Shown in pieces: positions 41,113 to 54,110 of a DNA stretch of 64,000 bases. The stretch lies in the NCBI RefSeq assembly GCF_001194135.2, contig NC_068988.1, positions 11,213,916 through 11,277,915 of the forward strand. The letters are read 5' to 3'. This stretch comes from Octopus bimaculoides. Taxonomy: Eukaryota. The notes below the pieces were generated by a model that saw nothing but the letters and a program-made list of their open reading frames with translations, made no database searches and was not told the origin of the DNA. Position 1 is the first letter of the stretch. Each line of letters opens with the position of its first letter. A program made the position numbers and the translations under genes.

Positions 41113-41610
41113 GCATCGCCTGCAAGGACCCATACGACAGACCAATATCAGACTTGTCGGTGATTGTCCTCGAAGGATCTTCATCCACGATGTGATGGAT
41201 TTTCTCCACGTTTCCATGGGTAACGCTCGTGCCAGGTCATGCAGATCGCTCATCGTCTTCTAGGGATGTTCCTTCTATTTAGAAGTGCTCGTGCCATTCG
41301 AAACATGGCGTATGACCCATTGCCTCGTCGTCGTAAGCTTGCTGAAGCATGGTCATTGAGACTGTAGCAGACGTCCCGAGTTGATACTTTTACGCTCGCT
41401 CTTTGTTCCAAATTCCTGTGCATACCAAATATCGCAGGCTAGAGCATACACGTGATAACTGAATCACAAATTTCACAACATACGAAGTAAGAACAGTGAT
41501 GTCACTTGGCACACTGCCTCATAAATTTCTTTGCTTGCTTTCACTACGTACGCAACCGTGTGCTGTTATCTGTTAGCGCGCTACAGAACTAGTCCGGAAA
41601 ATAGTCCCAC
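41113..41610 (-). mobile_element. Mariner transposase, 5' half plus upstream end
   Basis: NLEQRASVK...TMLQQAYDDEAMGHTPCFEWHEHF...SLEDDERS..PGTSVTHGNVEKIH...LSYGS matches the mariner N-terminal HTH (EQR.IKF, AYG.EA, FEW..RF, LEDDERSGRP). Confidence 0.85.
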
Positions 41611-43044
41611 CACCATACACATGTGTGGGGAGCGGGGAAGGGCATTCTACGTATAAAGAGAGAGTGACAAAGTAACAGAAATTGTATTTACTAAATATCA
41701 TACTGGATAGATGTTTAGATTCGTAATTTATCCAAAATCTCTCGCATGAACAAAGAATGAAAGGTATAATCCTAATAGCCATTGTTAACAAATATGGATG
41801 TAAAAGAAGATAATTTGAGAAGCTAAGAATATATTCAAAGTTTACTTATCTCCTCCATTCCTTTCTTCGCCTTTGGTCTCTCACCTTCTCTCGCGTTCTC
41901 TCTCTCTCTCTCCGTCTCTTTCTTCCCTCCTTAGCCACTTATTCTTTTCTCGCTCTCACCCTCTGTCTATCTCTATACCTCTCTCTTCCTGTGTCTCTCT
42001 GTCTGTCTCTCTCTCTCTCTCCATACATCTTTCCTCAATCTGATCGGAGTCCCAACTGTATGTGATATTCTTCCTCTTATAGCTTTCATTCCAGCCTGGC
42101 ATATTGGCAGACGTGTTCAGAAAGCTATCGCGTACTTTTTTATAATTTTTCTTGCCACTTTTATTCCTCTTATCTTCTCAGCTTTAAAGGCTACATTATG
42201 ATCTGATTTTACCTTAGGCGTATTTATCTTTATTATACACTTATATACTTCTTTGGTTGTTGTTTATTGCTTTGCATTCCTAGTCTTTCTCAGTCACATT
42301 TATTCGACAGTTCGACACCATTCACTTCTCTCCTTTTTTGCCTCACAGACATACTCGCATTGCATTTGCAGTGGGTTTGTGTGCGTGTGTGTGTGTGTGT
42401 GTGTGTGAATGTATATATATATATATATATATACACACACATCTACATATAAACACATACACACACACACATATATATATATATATGTGTGTGTGTGCGG
42501 GTGTGTGTGTGTGTGTGTGTGTGCTTTTATATACGTCTTTAAAGTTACTGAGGGCGCTATTCCGAAGTGGTATTGCTAGAAATAGAGTCAAAACAACTCT
42601 TATTGACTGACAAGGGAAACAGGCAACAGGCATAGCCAGATCACCAGTGATTTCGCATTTACATTAATGCTCGTCGATGGCTCTTATAAGCGACGTGGGT
42701 TAAACTCAAATCAGTCAGCTTATAAGAACATTGTAGGGAATCATACGCTGAATAAATTATAAAAGAAAAAGATGTAATTTATAAATAATAATAATATCAA
42801 TTTTACAACCGGGTGCTTAGTGAGGTTGGCTCCCTTGTCAGTCAGTGAGATGGGGCTTATAGTGGCTATAAGGTGATTTGACTGTTATTTCTAACAATAC
42901 TGGTACAGAACAGCCTGCTCAGGCGTTTTAGTGACGTATGTATTTTTGCTTTTCGGTTAGAAAAATTGCTAACGAGCCACCCTTATTATTTATGCTTACA
43001 TATATGTGTGTGTATGTGTGTATGTATGTATGTATATAATATAT

Positions 43045-43188
43045 AGGCGCAGGTGTGGTTGTGTGGTAAGTAGCTTGCTTACCAACCACATGGCTCCGAG
43101 TTCAGTCCCACTGTGTGGCACCTTGGGTGAGTGTTTTCTACTCTAGCTACGGGATTTGGTAGACAGAAATTGAAAGAAGCCCGTCGTA
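43045..43188 (+). mobile_element. SINE family A head
   Basis: aggcgcaggtgtggttgtgtggtaagtagc...gagttcagtcccactgtgtggcaccttggg...gaaagaagcccgtcgta, followed by microsatellite. Confidence 0.9.
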
Positions 43189-43201
43189 CATATGTATCTG
43201 T

Positions 43202-43237
<36 letters not shown>

Positions 43238-43379
43238 TGCATGCATGTATGTATGCACGCATGCATGTATGTGTGCATTCATGTATGTATGTAGGTATGC
43301 ATGTATGTATGTATGTCTGTATGTTCGTGTGTATGTATGTATATCTGTATATCTGTATGCAGGCATGTATATATGTATG

Positions 43380-43413
<34 letters not shown>

Positions 43414-44009
43414 TGCATGTATGTGTGTGAGTGTGTGTGTGTGCGTGTGTGTATGGATAAGACGGAATGGAAAGAATGATGGGCGAAGGGTAAAGAAACT
43501 GCATAGGAGAAAAGTCCAACATGTTGGAGGTGGTGTAAAAAGGACACGGAGGAATGCTGAAATACCAGACGAACAAGCATTGCATGAATTGAAAATGATA
43601 AATTTACACCTGCGTTTCACGTATTTATTTATTTCGCTAATTATATTTTAATATCATCTCAGGGATGTTGCCTTTCAGCTTAAAACTCCGTCCAATTAAT
43701 CACAAGACCAAGAAGCCTAATATCAAGAAAAATTTCCCAGCTGTTTGTAGCAATCGCTTGCTTCCGGGGTAGAGAGAAAAATAATATAGCGTCCGTTAAT
43801 TGGCTGCATGATTTCTTTCACAACTCTCATCCAAATATAATCTAGCAAATCATATCGAAGCGAACATCGTTTTTCAAGGATTCTGTAAATTAATTTGTGA
43901 TCACTTATCTGTTATTATAACAAAACAAACAAATAATTATAATTCGAAATTTATTGTTATCATTATTATTATTGTTGTTGTTGTTGTTGTCGGTGTTGTT
44001 GCTGCTGCT

Positions 44010-44040
<31 letters not shown>

Positions 44041-44212
44041 TCATCATCATCATCATCATCATCATCTTTAATTTTTATTGTAATTTCGTCCTTTTAATGC
44101 ATAACTCTGTCCAGTTCGAATCCGCCTTGGGTACATGCTCTTTTTTATTCTTTTTATTTTTTTTTTGCATTGCATTGATACTATTTCGTTATTATTTAGC
44201 ATTTTTCTTGTA

Positions 44213-44282
<70 letters not shown>

Positions 44283-44299
44283 CAATAATAGTAATAATA

Positions 44300-44965
<666 letters not shown>

Positions 44966-45150
44966 AGAACTATCGTTCATGACCGAAGGGGTCTTTTGCC
45001 TTTAGATAACAAGAAGTCAATAAAGGATCAGTTGAGGAATATTCACAGAATATTTGCTGATAGCCAAGATATATGATGATATTCTCCCCAAGCAGTTAAG
45101 TCCATATTAATGATACTATACGTGGATGTGTGCGCATGTACATATATATA

Positions 45151-45186
<36 letters not shown>

Positions 45187-46524
45187 TGTGTGCCTGTGTG
45201 AATGTTTGTATGTACGTAGGTATGTACGTATATATGTGTATTAACACTATAAGTTCGCAATCATTTATGTAGTTTAGTCTCACACACTCTTCCCAGATTC
45301 CATCATTCTATTTCCCCATAATTTCAATTCCGTGAAATCTCCTCTCCTTGTTTCTCACCTCATCCCACTTTCTCACTATACATACATACATACATACATA
45401 CATACATACGCGAACGCACACATATATGTCCGTGTAGCTGTCTGTCTATGTGCCTACTGAACGCGATTTGTCTCTATTAATTTATCTAAAGATAGGAAGA
45501 ACTGGCGAATGATTAGATGAATATGGTAATTGGTTTCCCAATTAACGATAATTTTAAAATGAATCTCTCTTAACCAGGATCACTGGTGCAGAATATTTAT
45601 CATAATGAAAAACAATTATAGAGTGAAAGGCATTCACAACTTTGTAATAAATAACACTGTGAGATGAATCTACCATGTATCGAATTAAATTAAGAGGGCT
45701 CTAACCTCGTGTAATATACATGCAATTATGTGACTGGCTATTTACAGAAAACTGATAAATTAATGGAGGGTAAGGTTAAATGATTAGGATCACCTGAACA
45801 AAAGAAAAACGCGTTGAATATTGTAGTCTTAGATACACTGCTTCAATTAAAAGTGCAATGGACTTAACCGAAATCCAATTTATCATAAGTTTTTATGCTA
45901 AGCTCACTCAGTCATAAAATTATCCTTGATGTCAATAAACTAAACAAATGATTTGGTGTTGTATTAGGCGGTCAGATAAATTCATTCGTTTTTTCCTTAC
46001 TCGTACTCCATAGTCGTATATCTGAAAAGTGGTGTTTTTTTTTTTTAATTTCGAAAACGATGAATGGAAATTGTAGAGGATGACATAGATCTACAAAACA
46101 ACGATAAAAGTGTCCGATATAAGTATTTTTCGTGTGGATTTTTATAACATTGAAACGAATGAAATAGACAGTTAAGAAAAACGAATGAATATATCTGACA
46201 ACTTAATATAAACAGACGAAATAAAATTAATTTTATTCGGATTTTATTCGGATTTTATTAGAAGAATCCAAAAGCGATTTTTTAGATGACTGTCTTGGAG
46301 CCATATCTACAAAATAATTTCTATGGTTTTATAAGATTCTGTGGAAGAATAATTCGGTCTTTAATGAATATTGAATTGAGAGCAAACATACTTAACGTTG
46401 TTGTGACTTGGGAGGAACATTACACCAATCATAATAACACATTAATATCAATTCTTTTTTATTGTTCGATTGGTTCAGTATTTAATCAACTAACTAATCA
46501 GTCGTTTGTTTAATGTGCTGGTTA

Positions 46525-46725
46525 AATAACACTGGTCAACAAAGAATTTGTACCTAGAAAAATCGAACTCATGGCACATAACAATATTACAACACAACTA
46601 CTTTACCTCAACTGATTCAGCGTTCTTTAATACCATACCAAAATATGTTAAAACGTAAACGATTCCCATAAAATTAAAGTTCTCTTGACAAATTGCTCCA
46701 GAAAGTCCTGGACCACCCTCCTACA
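46525..46725 (+). mobile_element. CR1/L2-like LINE ORF2 3' end
   Basis: TILQHNYFTSTDSAFFNTIPKYVK.../SLDKLLQKVLDHPPT, resembling F...GP.LFN.LP...FK..LDKFL..IPDQP. Confidence 0.65.
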
Positions 46726-47714
46726 TCCGAGCACGGATATTCTGAACAGGGAAACCCGGTAGCAAGGAAAGTGGAGCTCTTCTATGTTGGCTAATTATTG
46801 TTAGTCACTAAAAAGAGACGTTCCAGAAGATAAATACAGTCGAAAATCATACGCCTCTACGTTTTAAAGCTAAGTTTCCTTGTAACATCAGCTTGATTTT
46901 TTTGAATTCATGAAATACAGTTGTTTATCAATTGACATATGCTATCAGGAAAGCCTATGACGTATAGAAAAAATCTGAAAACACACTTTAATTCTGCAAA
47001 TAAAATGCTTTTGTTTGTGCGACAGAATTTTTGATTAATTCTGTTGAACAATTATAATTGTCAGTCTAATTTCTGCATTAATATAGTACATTTATTGTAT
47101 AATTTATTTACTCTGAGACATAAAACTCTGCCTGATAGAAAATTTCTAAAAACAGATTCGAATTCTGCGTTAAAAGTATTTTAAAGTTCACTCTCTTTAG
47201 TTAATGAGACAGCAAAAGTTTGAATTTTGTTGAGCAGTGGAATGAAATAGTTTTTTTTTTATTAGAAATGATATTGAATCAGCGTATGTCTTATTATTAT
47301 TATTGGCGTAATGATCCTCTCAGGACACAAAAAGACTAGTTTCAACTCATGAATTCACATTAAGAAACTTGCAAGCCAAATACAATAATTTAATGTTGGG
47401 AACGAAGAGCTAGTATTTAATTAATTTCAATTAATAATTTGTGTATAATTTAATTGTAATTTAATTTGGAAGATTCTAATTATACAGGTAGTAATGGGAA
47501 AACATATTTTAATTATTGTTTTTAGATTAAAAATTCAGTGGACGCAAGGTCATTATTTCAATCAATAGAAAATATTTTGTGAGAAATGTAAAAAGAAGTT
47601 GAGCGACAACGTGACGTTACTTGTGTGTTCCACGTGTATTTTAGCCAGTTCATGCAGATGGGTACACAGTTGGCAAATTTCCGCTGACAATCACGTTGTT
47701 ACGGATTCAAAATT

Positions 47715-48030
47715 TTTGGGGATGGCGGGAGGGATACTCAGTTATGTTGACCCAGGGTTCAACTAGTATTTATTTTATCGTACTAAAAGGATGAAAGGCA
47801 AAGTAGATTGCTGTGGAATTTGGAATTCAGATATAAAGACAGACAAAACGCTACTAAGCATATCGTCCGGTGTGTTAATGATTCTGCCAGCTCGGTTTCA
47901 AGTTTTGGCATAAGACCAGCAATTTTTGGGGAGAGAGAAAATCAATCCCAATGACCCCAGGCCTCAACTGGTACTTATTTTATCAACCTTGAAATGATGA
48001 ACAGCAAAGTCGATTTAAATTCTGCACAAA
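47715..48030 (-). mobile_element. Two adjacent SINE family C fragments
   Basis: The reverse complement gives ccgagctggcagaatcattaacacaccggacg and aggttgataaaataagtaccagttgaggcctgggg, matching the family C head and body. Confidence 0.7.
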
Positions 48031-48230
48031 AGGCAACGAGTCTTCTCCAGCTATCGCCATCCCCTCGCTCTCGTGTTCCTGGAACGTACTGCGTCACATC
48101 TTCCTTGGTCTTTCACTCGATCCCCCTCCCGCTCCGGCATGCGTTCTATTGTGATGGTGCCATATCTCACCTGAGGTGATCGAAGCATCTGGACAATAAA
48201 TAGTCTCCGTCGTTTAGTCACCACTTTCTG
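48031..48230 (-). mobile_element. RTE-like LINE ORF C-terminus
   Basis: GGSSERPRKM*RSTFQEH, similar to the RTE G.R.RGRP.KTWR.T terminal motif, preceded by a decayed RRRL..GH.LR segment. Confidence 0.55.
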
Positions 48231-48358
48231 CAAACTCTATAAGATCTTCCCTTCCTATCATCTCTTCCTTTTTCACTCTGTCCCAGTAGGAACTACCGAA
48301 AATTAAACGTGGGTAGGTAGGTAGGTAGGTAGATATTTATCACACTTATTATTTAAAT

Positions 48359-48400
<42 letters not shown>

Positions 48401-48428
48401 NNNNNNNNNNNNNNNNNNNNNNNNNNNN

Positions 48429-48518
<90 letters not shown>

Positions 48519-48658
48519 CATTTACTTATGCGAGTGTACTACCCTACTAACACGTGTATGTGTTAGTACAAACACGTTTCAATAATTTTTCTCTGATTTT
48601 ACTCATTCTCGAATTTGTAAGACATATAGGATACGTTAGCTGACTCAAGAAATCTCTA

Positions 48659-48709
48659 GGGAGATCTGACGAGACAGAACGGGTTGAAACATTTGTTGTA
48701 CCCAATAAA
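48659..48709 (+). ncRNA. Minimal type-I hammerhead ribozyme-like motif (stem I degenerate)
   Basis: CTGACGA core, stem II GAC/GTT, GAAA, stem III ACA/TGT, GTA cleavage triplet, then CCC and AATAAA. Confidence 0.45.
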
Positions 48710-49470
48710 GTCCGTTACACATAAATTTCCTATTTTCTTAATACTATGTGTGTGTGTGTATGGAGAAAGAAATAGAAAGAGAGGCAGTCAGATAGGCAGA
48801 AAAATAGACAGAGAGAGAGACGGACGGACGGATGGGCAGATGGATGGATGGGCCGAACGCATGAGAAAAATGAGTGAGATAATTAAATTTTAAAATGAAT
48901 TGCTGATGTACATTTTACTACATAACCAAACAAATCACTCGACATCGTAAAAGCTATATCTCTCTGGAATCAATACATCTCATATCTTTATATAAGACCA
49001 GGACACAGAAGATAATATAATCCTACATATCTGCAAAGTTCAAAGATAATAACGGCTGGAATCCCTTTAATCAGGTTTCTGTTCGAACATATTTAACCTG
49101 GGGCTAAACAAGCCAGCCACTATAGTTTAAATACTGATGCCCAGATGAAGCTAATTATTTTTAGCATTACAAAGTTATATGTGGCCGTGGAATAGTTATG
49201 GTATCCTTGTCCATATCATTAAGCGATTGAAAAGTAATTCAACGTAAATATGCGAAGCTGGTCTGATAAATTTAACTCAGTTCAGGAGAAATTTCATACG
49301 TTTCGATGGTGATCTGACGATTCAGCTTCCAAACGTATAAATGTAGCTCTCTGTATATAATTATTCCCTTGAAAGGATTGGTTAAGCTAATTACGGCAAA
49401 TACGAGAAGCCTTAATTTCTCATAAATTGGCTTCCATACTTTCACTTCTATAAGCTAGTAATTAGGCAAT

Positions 49471-49543
<73 letters not shown>

Positions 49544-50910
49544 CTTGGCATTCAGCACAGGATTTCATCGGAGTAATTCAGTGTATAATTGCATTTCTTT
49601 GTTGTAGATATGAAAGCATCACTGCGCCTCATTGGCCAGTCTCATCCTGAATGACATTGGAATTTGTAAAACTATTTTTACATAGCCGTTTAATAATTTG
49701 CCAGATCCTATTGATCTATTGTGCTTTCACCAATCGTTAAACTGAGAGTAAGATAAAGAAACTGTATTTATTTCTGTGTGAATAACCTATATATATATAT
49801 GTGTGTGTGTACGTATGAATGTATGTGTGTACATATGTGTATGTGTATATACACATATATATTTCTGAACGCATATATATATGTGTGTGTATGTATATAT
49901 ATATNNNNNNNNNNNNNNNNNNNNNNNNNNNNNNNNNNNNNNNNNNNNNNNNNNNNNNNNNNNNNNNNNNNNNNNNNNNNNNNNNNNNNNNNNNNNNNNN
50001 NNNNNNNNNNNNNNNNNNNNNNNNNNNNNNNNNNNNNNNNNNNNNNNNNNNNNNNNNNNNNNNNNNNNNNNNNNNNNNNNNNNNNNNNNNNNNNNNNNNN
50101 NNNNNNNNNNNNNNNNNNNNNNNNNNNNNNNNNNNNNNNNNNNNNNNNNNNNNNNNNNNNNNNNNNNNNNNNNNNNNNNNNNNNNNNNNNNNNNNNNNNN
50201 NNNNNNNNNNNNNNNNNNNNNNNNNNNNNNNNNNNNNNNNNNNNNNNNNNNNNNNNNNNNNNNNNNNNNNNNNNNNNNNNNNNNNNNNNNNNNNNNNNNN
50301 NNNNNNNNNNNNNNNNNNNNNNNNNNNNNNNNNNNNNNNNNNNNNNNNNNNNNNNNNNNNNNNNNNNNNNNNNNNNNNNNNNNNNNNNNNNNNNNNNNNN
50401 NNNNNNNNNNNATATATATATGTGTGTGTGTACGTATGAATGTATGTGTGTACATATGTGTATGTGTATATATACATATATGTACGCGAAATATTGATTA
50501 ATGCCATCGATATATTTCTCTCTATATAATATACAGGGCCCAACGAACAGTAAATGTTTATTAAGAGTGCCAAAAGAACGCATATTGAGAAGCCATTAAT
50601 GATGAGACTAGCAGAATCGGTAGCGCATGAAACAAAAGGCTCAGCGGCATTTCTTTCTGCCCTTTATGTACATAGTTCAAATACTGCCGAGGTCCATTCT
50701 GCCTTCAAAATCTTCTGACCTGTATTTCAGTAACATGTCGGTGCCCTGTTAAAAGGAAATTTCGTGAACGTGGTTGCTTATATGCTGTGGTGACCGAGTA
50801 TCTGGACTTGCGCCCAAGAAATATATATATAAATATATATATGGGGGGGGGGATATGTTTGTGTGTGTGTATGCATGTGTGTGTGTAGTTGGCATCTCCT
50901 AGTGCATATT

Positions 50911-51275
50911 CTTTACTCTTTTACTCTATTATTTCAGTCATTTGACTGCGGCCATGTCGAGAAAATCAACCCCAGGGCTTATTCTTTGTAAGCCTAGTTC
51001 CTTTTCCCGAACCACTAAGTTACGGGGACGTAAACACACCACCATCGGTTGTCAAGCGATGTTGAGAGGGGACAAACACAGACACACAACCTCCCACACA
51101 CACACATATATATAGATATACATATATATGACGGACTTCTTTCAGTTTCCGTCTACCAAATTCACTCACAAGGCTAGAGTAGAAGATATTTGCCCAAGGT
51201 GCCACGCAGTGGGACTGAACCCGGAACCATGTGGTTGGAAAGAAAGCTATTTACCACACAGCCACTCCTGCGCCT
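50911..51275 (-). mobile_element. SINE family A, near full length
   Basis: Reverse-complement head aggcgcaggagtggctgtgtggtaaatagc...ccgggttcagtcccactgcgtggcaccttgggc; the 3' part matches 6721-6860. Confidence 0.9.
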
Positions 51276-52382
51276 ATGTTTAATATTTGTCATTCTTAAG
51301 TAAGTAGAACTATGTAACTGGACGTAATAGCTTCGTACAGTCAGCCTTTTGGTAGCGGGCTCTGAATAGTCACCTCAGCAGTAATAAGAACTGAATAAAC
51401 TACAGTGCCTGTGTCCTTATGTTTAAACATTATACCCAGCTCCCCATCTAATCATTGCATGGTCTCGAACTTTATTTGTTGTTCATCAATTGTGACGTAG
51501 ATATCTCGTAAAAACAATCCATGACGAGGGTCAGCGGCCCGTGGTCATATTTATATACAGCTTTACATGCATTGAATCAATAGATTTTTTTTAATATAAT
51601 AACAATAAATATTCAGATAACATCAAACTTTACGTATCTAGACAAATGAGCAAAAGCCAACATAACTTATATAAGTATGAGAACCAATGTATGATATATA
51701 AATTATAAAGCAGATTACAACAGAGATGGGACATCACCTAGCAACAGTATGGATACATTATCGGGAATCATTCTAATATGTGTGTGTGTGTGTGTATACA
51801 TGTGTGTGCGTGTTTGTATATATNNNNNNNNNNNNNNNNNNNNNNNNNNNNNNNNNNNNNNNNNNNNNNNNNNNNNNNNNNNNNNNNNNNNNNNNNNNNN
51901 NNNNNNNNNNNNNNNNNNNNNNNNNNNNNNNNNNNNNNNNNNNNNNNNNNNNNNNNNNNNNNNNNNNNNNNNNNTGTGTGTGTGTGTGTTTGTATGTTGG
52001 TATGTTCCGAATGAGAATCTAATAAGTATTTATGCAATTATTAAAATCTTTTATTATATTTCCCTGTTATTTTTTCTTTATTAATAATTCCCCTCTTTTT
52101 TTTTTTTTTCATTTTACACTTTGGAAGGTCGATTTTTGCATAGTTTTCACCTTGACCCACGATGTATTTTAGATTCTCGTTCATACAATATAGTTTCATA
52201 ATATAATGAGAATTTATTTTTTAAAAATTTGTTTTATGTTCCCTTAATACGGTAAATATTATACTACGTTTCTAACCATTTTTTTTCTAGTCCCATTATA
52301 ATTAATTTCAAGTAGTTAACCAAGAGTTACTTCATTTCCCCAACACAGTTCCTTGAACATGAGGTAGTTATATACACACTAT

Positions 52383-52620
52383 GAAGGCGCGTGATCTAGT
52401 GATTAAGGTGTGATAAACTCACAGTTGCACTATAGTGTTTTCGATATCAGGACCCGGCAACCCTTGAATTCTTAAGCAAAACACTACCTGCTACTTCGTT
52501 GCAGTCCACACAGGTGAAAATGAGTAAACCTCAGACGGACTGGCATCCCCCTTAAGAGGGATACTGTGATCTCGGTCGCTTATATGCCATGGAAATCAGA
52601 TAAAATGCTTTATGAATCCT
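52383..52620 (+). mobile_element. SINE family B, old copy
   Basis: gaaggcgcgtgatctagtgattaaggtg...tttcgatatcaggacc...agcaaaacact. Confidence 0.55.
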
Positions 52621-52934
52621 AGTATTCCAGTCAGTACTCATTTATTTAATTTTATTGCGTTTGTATAGGATATTATAGTAGATATTTCAGAATTGATGGA
52701 GTAATTTAGGGAATTTCCTATGTAGCATATGATTTTTGTTTTGGTTTACTATATTTGAGCTATATGATTTGTAGGTCAGTAGACTCCTAGAAACTTTGGC
52801 AAAAATGTTCGGGGGTAATTATTCCGGTTTTTACGTCCTTGTTCCGGAATCTGCCCAGATCTTTTAGATATCTATTGGTTGCTTTCACGAGTCGAGATAT
52901 TTTGCTTGTATTATTTTAGAAACGATAATGGACC

Positions 52935-53125
52935 GTGCCAAGTAACTAATGTGTTTCACTCACAATCACGGGACCGTGGTTTCAATTTCTGTATCGAGTA
53001 GTATGTTGTGTTCTTGAACAAAAGAATTTATCTCACATTACTCCGCAATCACTTCAACATCTGGCGTGTGGTATACTGTGCCCCTGCTTAGGCAATGTTG
53101 ATTTGGTGGAGAGGGCGAGCTTGTA
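52935..53125 (+). mobile_element. SINE family B-related, old copy
   Basis: gtggtttcaatttct...tgtgttcttgaacaaaag...tctcacattactccgcaatcacttcaacatctggcgtgtg, similar to 53905-54110. Confidence 0.5.
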
Positions 53126-53126
53126 T

Positions 53127-53470
53127 ACGAGGGAGTCCTGAGAATTTTCTGTGTTTTGGGTAAAATGAAATACAAGCGGGTCAGTTGATTATGATTTTAT
53201 ATATATTCCTCTCTCTGATCCACACATTTATTCCAGCGGTCCTTCAGGTTCTTTCAGCGCTGTATAAGAACTCGTAAGTTTGGTCCGCTAACCAGGCCTT
53301 TCGTGATATCTTTAAAGCCAAGAACCTTTCAGAATCACCCCCAGACAACACAAACATTTGATCACATTCAATAAATAATTTGTGAAGGTTATTCAGGAAG
53401 AAAATGCAGAATTGTGTTTCAGAAATGTCACCGCAATGAATGAGTCAGTTGTGCTTTTCCAAACGTCTTA
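53127..53470. mobile_element. Probable mariner terminal remnant
   Basis: Starts TACGAGGG (a typical mariner terminus as recalled); no ORF recovered. Confidence 0.35.
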
Positions 53471-53569
53471 TCTACATAGATAATCGTAGATCAGTCGTGT
53501 AAACGATTATTTCAAAGATAACCTCCTTAATCTTTTAGTAATGTATTCTTTTACATTTGTTAGTTTTAA

Positions 53570-53780
53570 GGCGGTGAGATCGCAGAATCATTAGTACGCC
53601 ACGTAAAATGCTTAGCGGCTCTTTGTCTGTCTTTACGTTCAGAGCTCATATTCCGCCATGTTCAATTTGCCTTTCAACATTTCGGGGTCTTTAAAATAAA
53701 TCCCGGTTGAGCAACGGCGTCGACGTAATCGACTTAGCTCCTTCCCAGAAACTGCCGGCCTTGTGTCAAAATTCGAAGCT
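53570..53780 (+). mobile_element. SINE family C
   Basis: aggcggtgagatcgcagaatcattagtacgcc...aaatgcttagcggc...ttacgttcagagctcatattccgcc...cgacgtaatcgacttagctcc. Confidence 0.8.
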
Positions 53781-53904
53781 AATATTTGCATATTTTAATT
53801 CTTGTTATTGAATGCATCTGCACTGATTCGTCTTCTTTTTTTTCCTTTTTAGAGAATTCATTACGTGTATTTCTCAGAATACACTTGTTTGGTAGTGTTT
53901 TATC

Positions 53905-54110
53905 TCAAAGCACTAACATGGCGTCTAGGGTGTTGCACTCACGATGAAAGGATGATGGCTTCGATTCCTGGACCGGGAGGTGCTTCGTGTTCTTGCGCAA
54001 AACGCTTCATCTTACGTTACTCTGCGATCACTTTGACATCTGACGCGTGACACCTCACAACTCTTCAGGTAATGTCGATTTGATGGTGGAAGTGAGCTGA
54101 TGTGTAGGAC
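53905..54110 (+). mobile_element. SINE family B-related, old copy
   Basis: B box gcttcgattcctggaccgg, then tgttcttgcgcaaaacgcttcatcttacg. Confidence 0.55.

Noticed and set aside
49130-49160. Other hammerhead-like fragments (also about 55000-55030 on the minus strand and 12150-12180)
   Set aside because: Core boxes are mutated or stem II cannot form.
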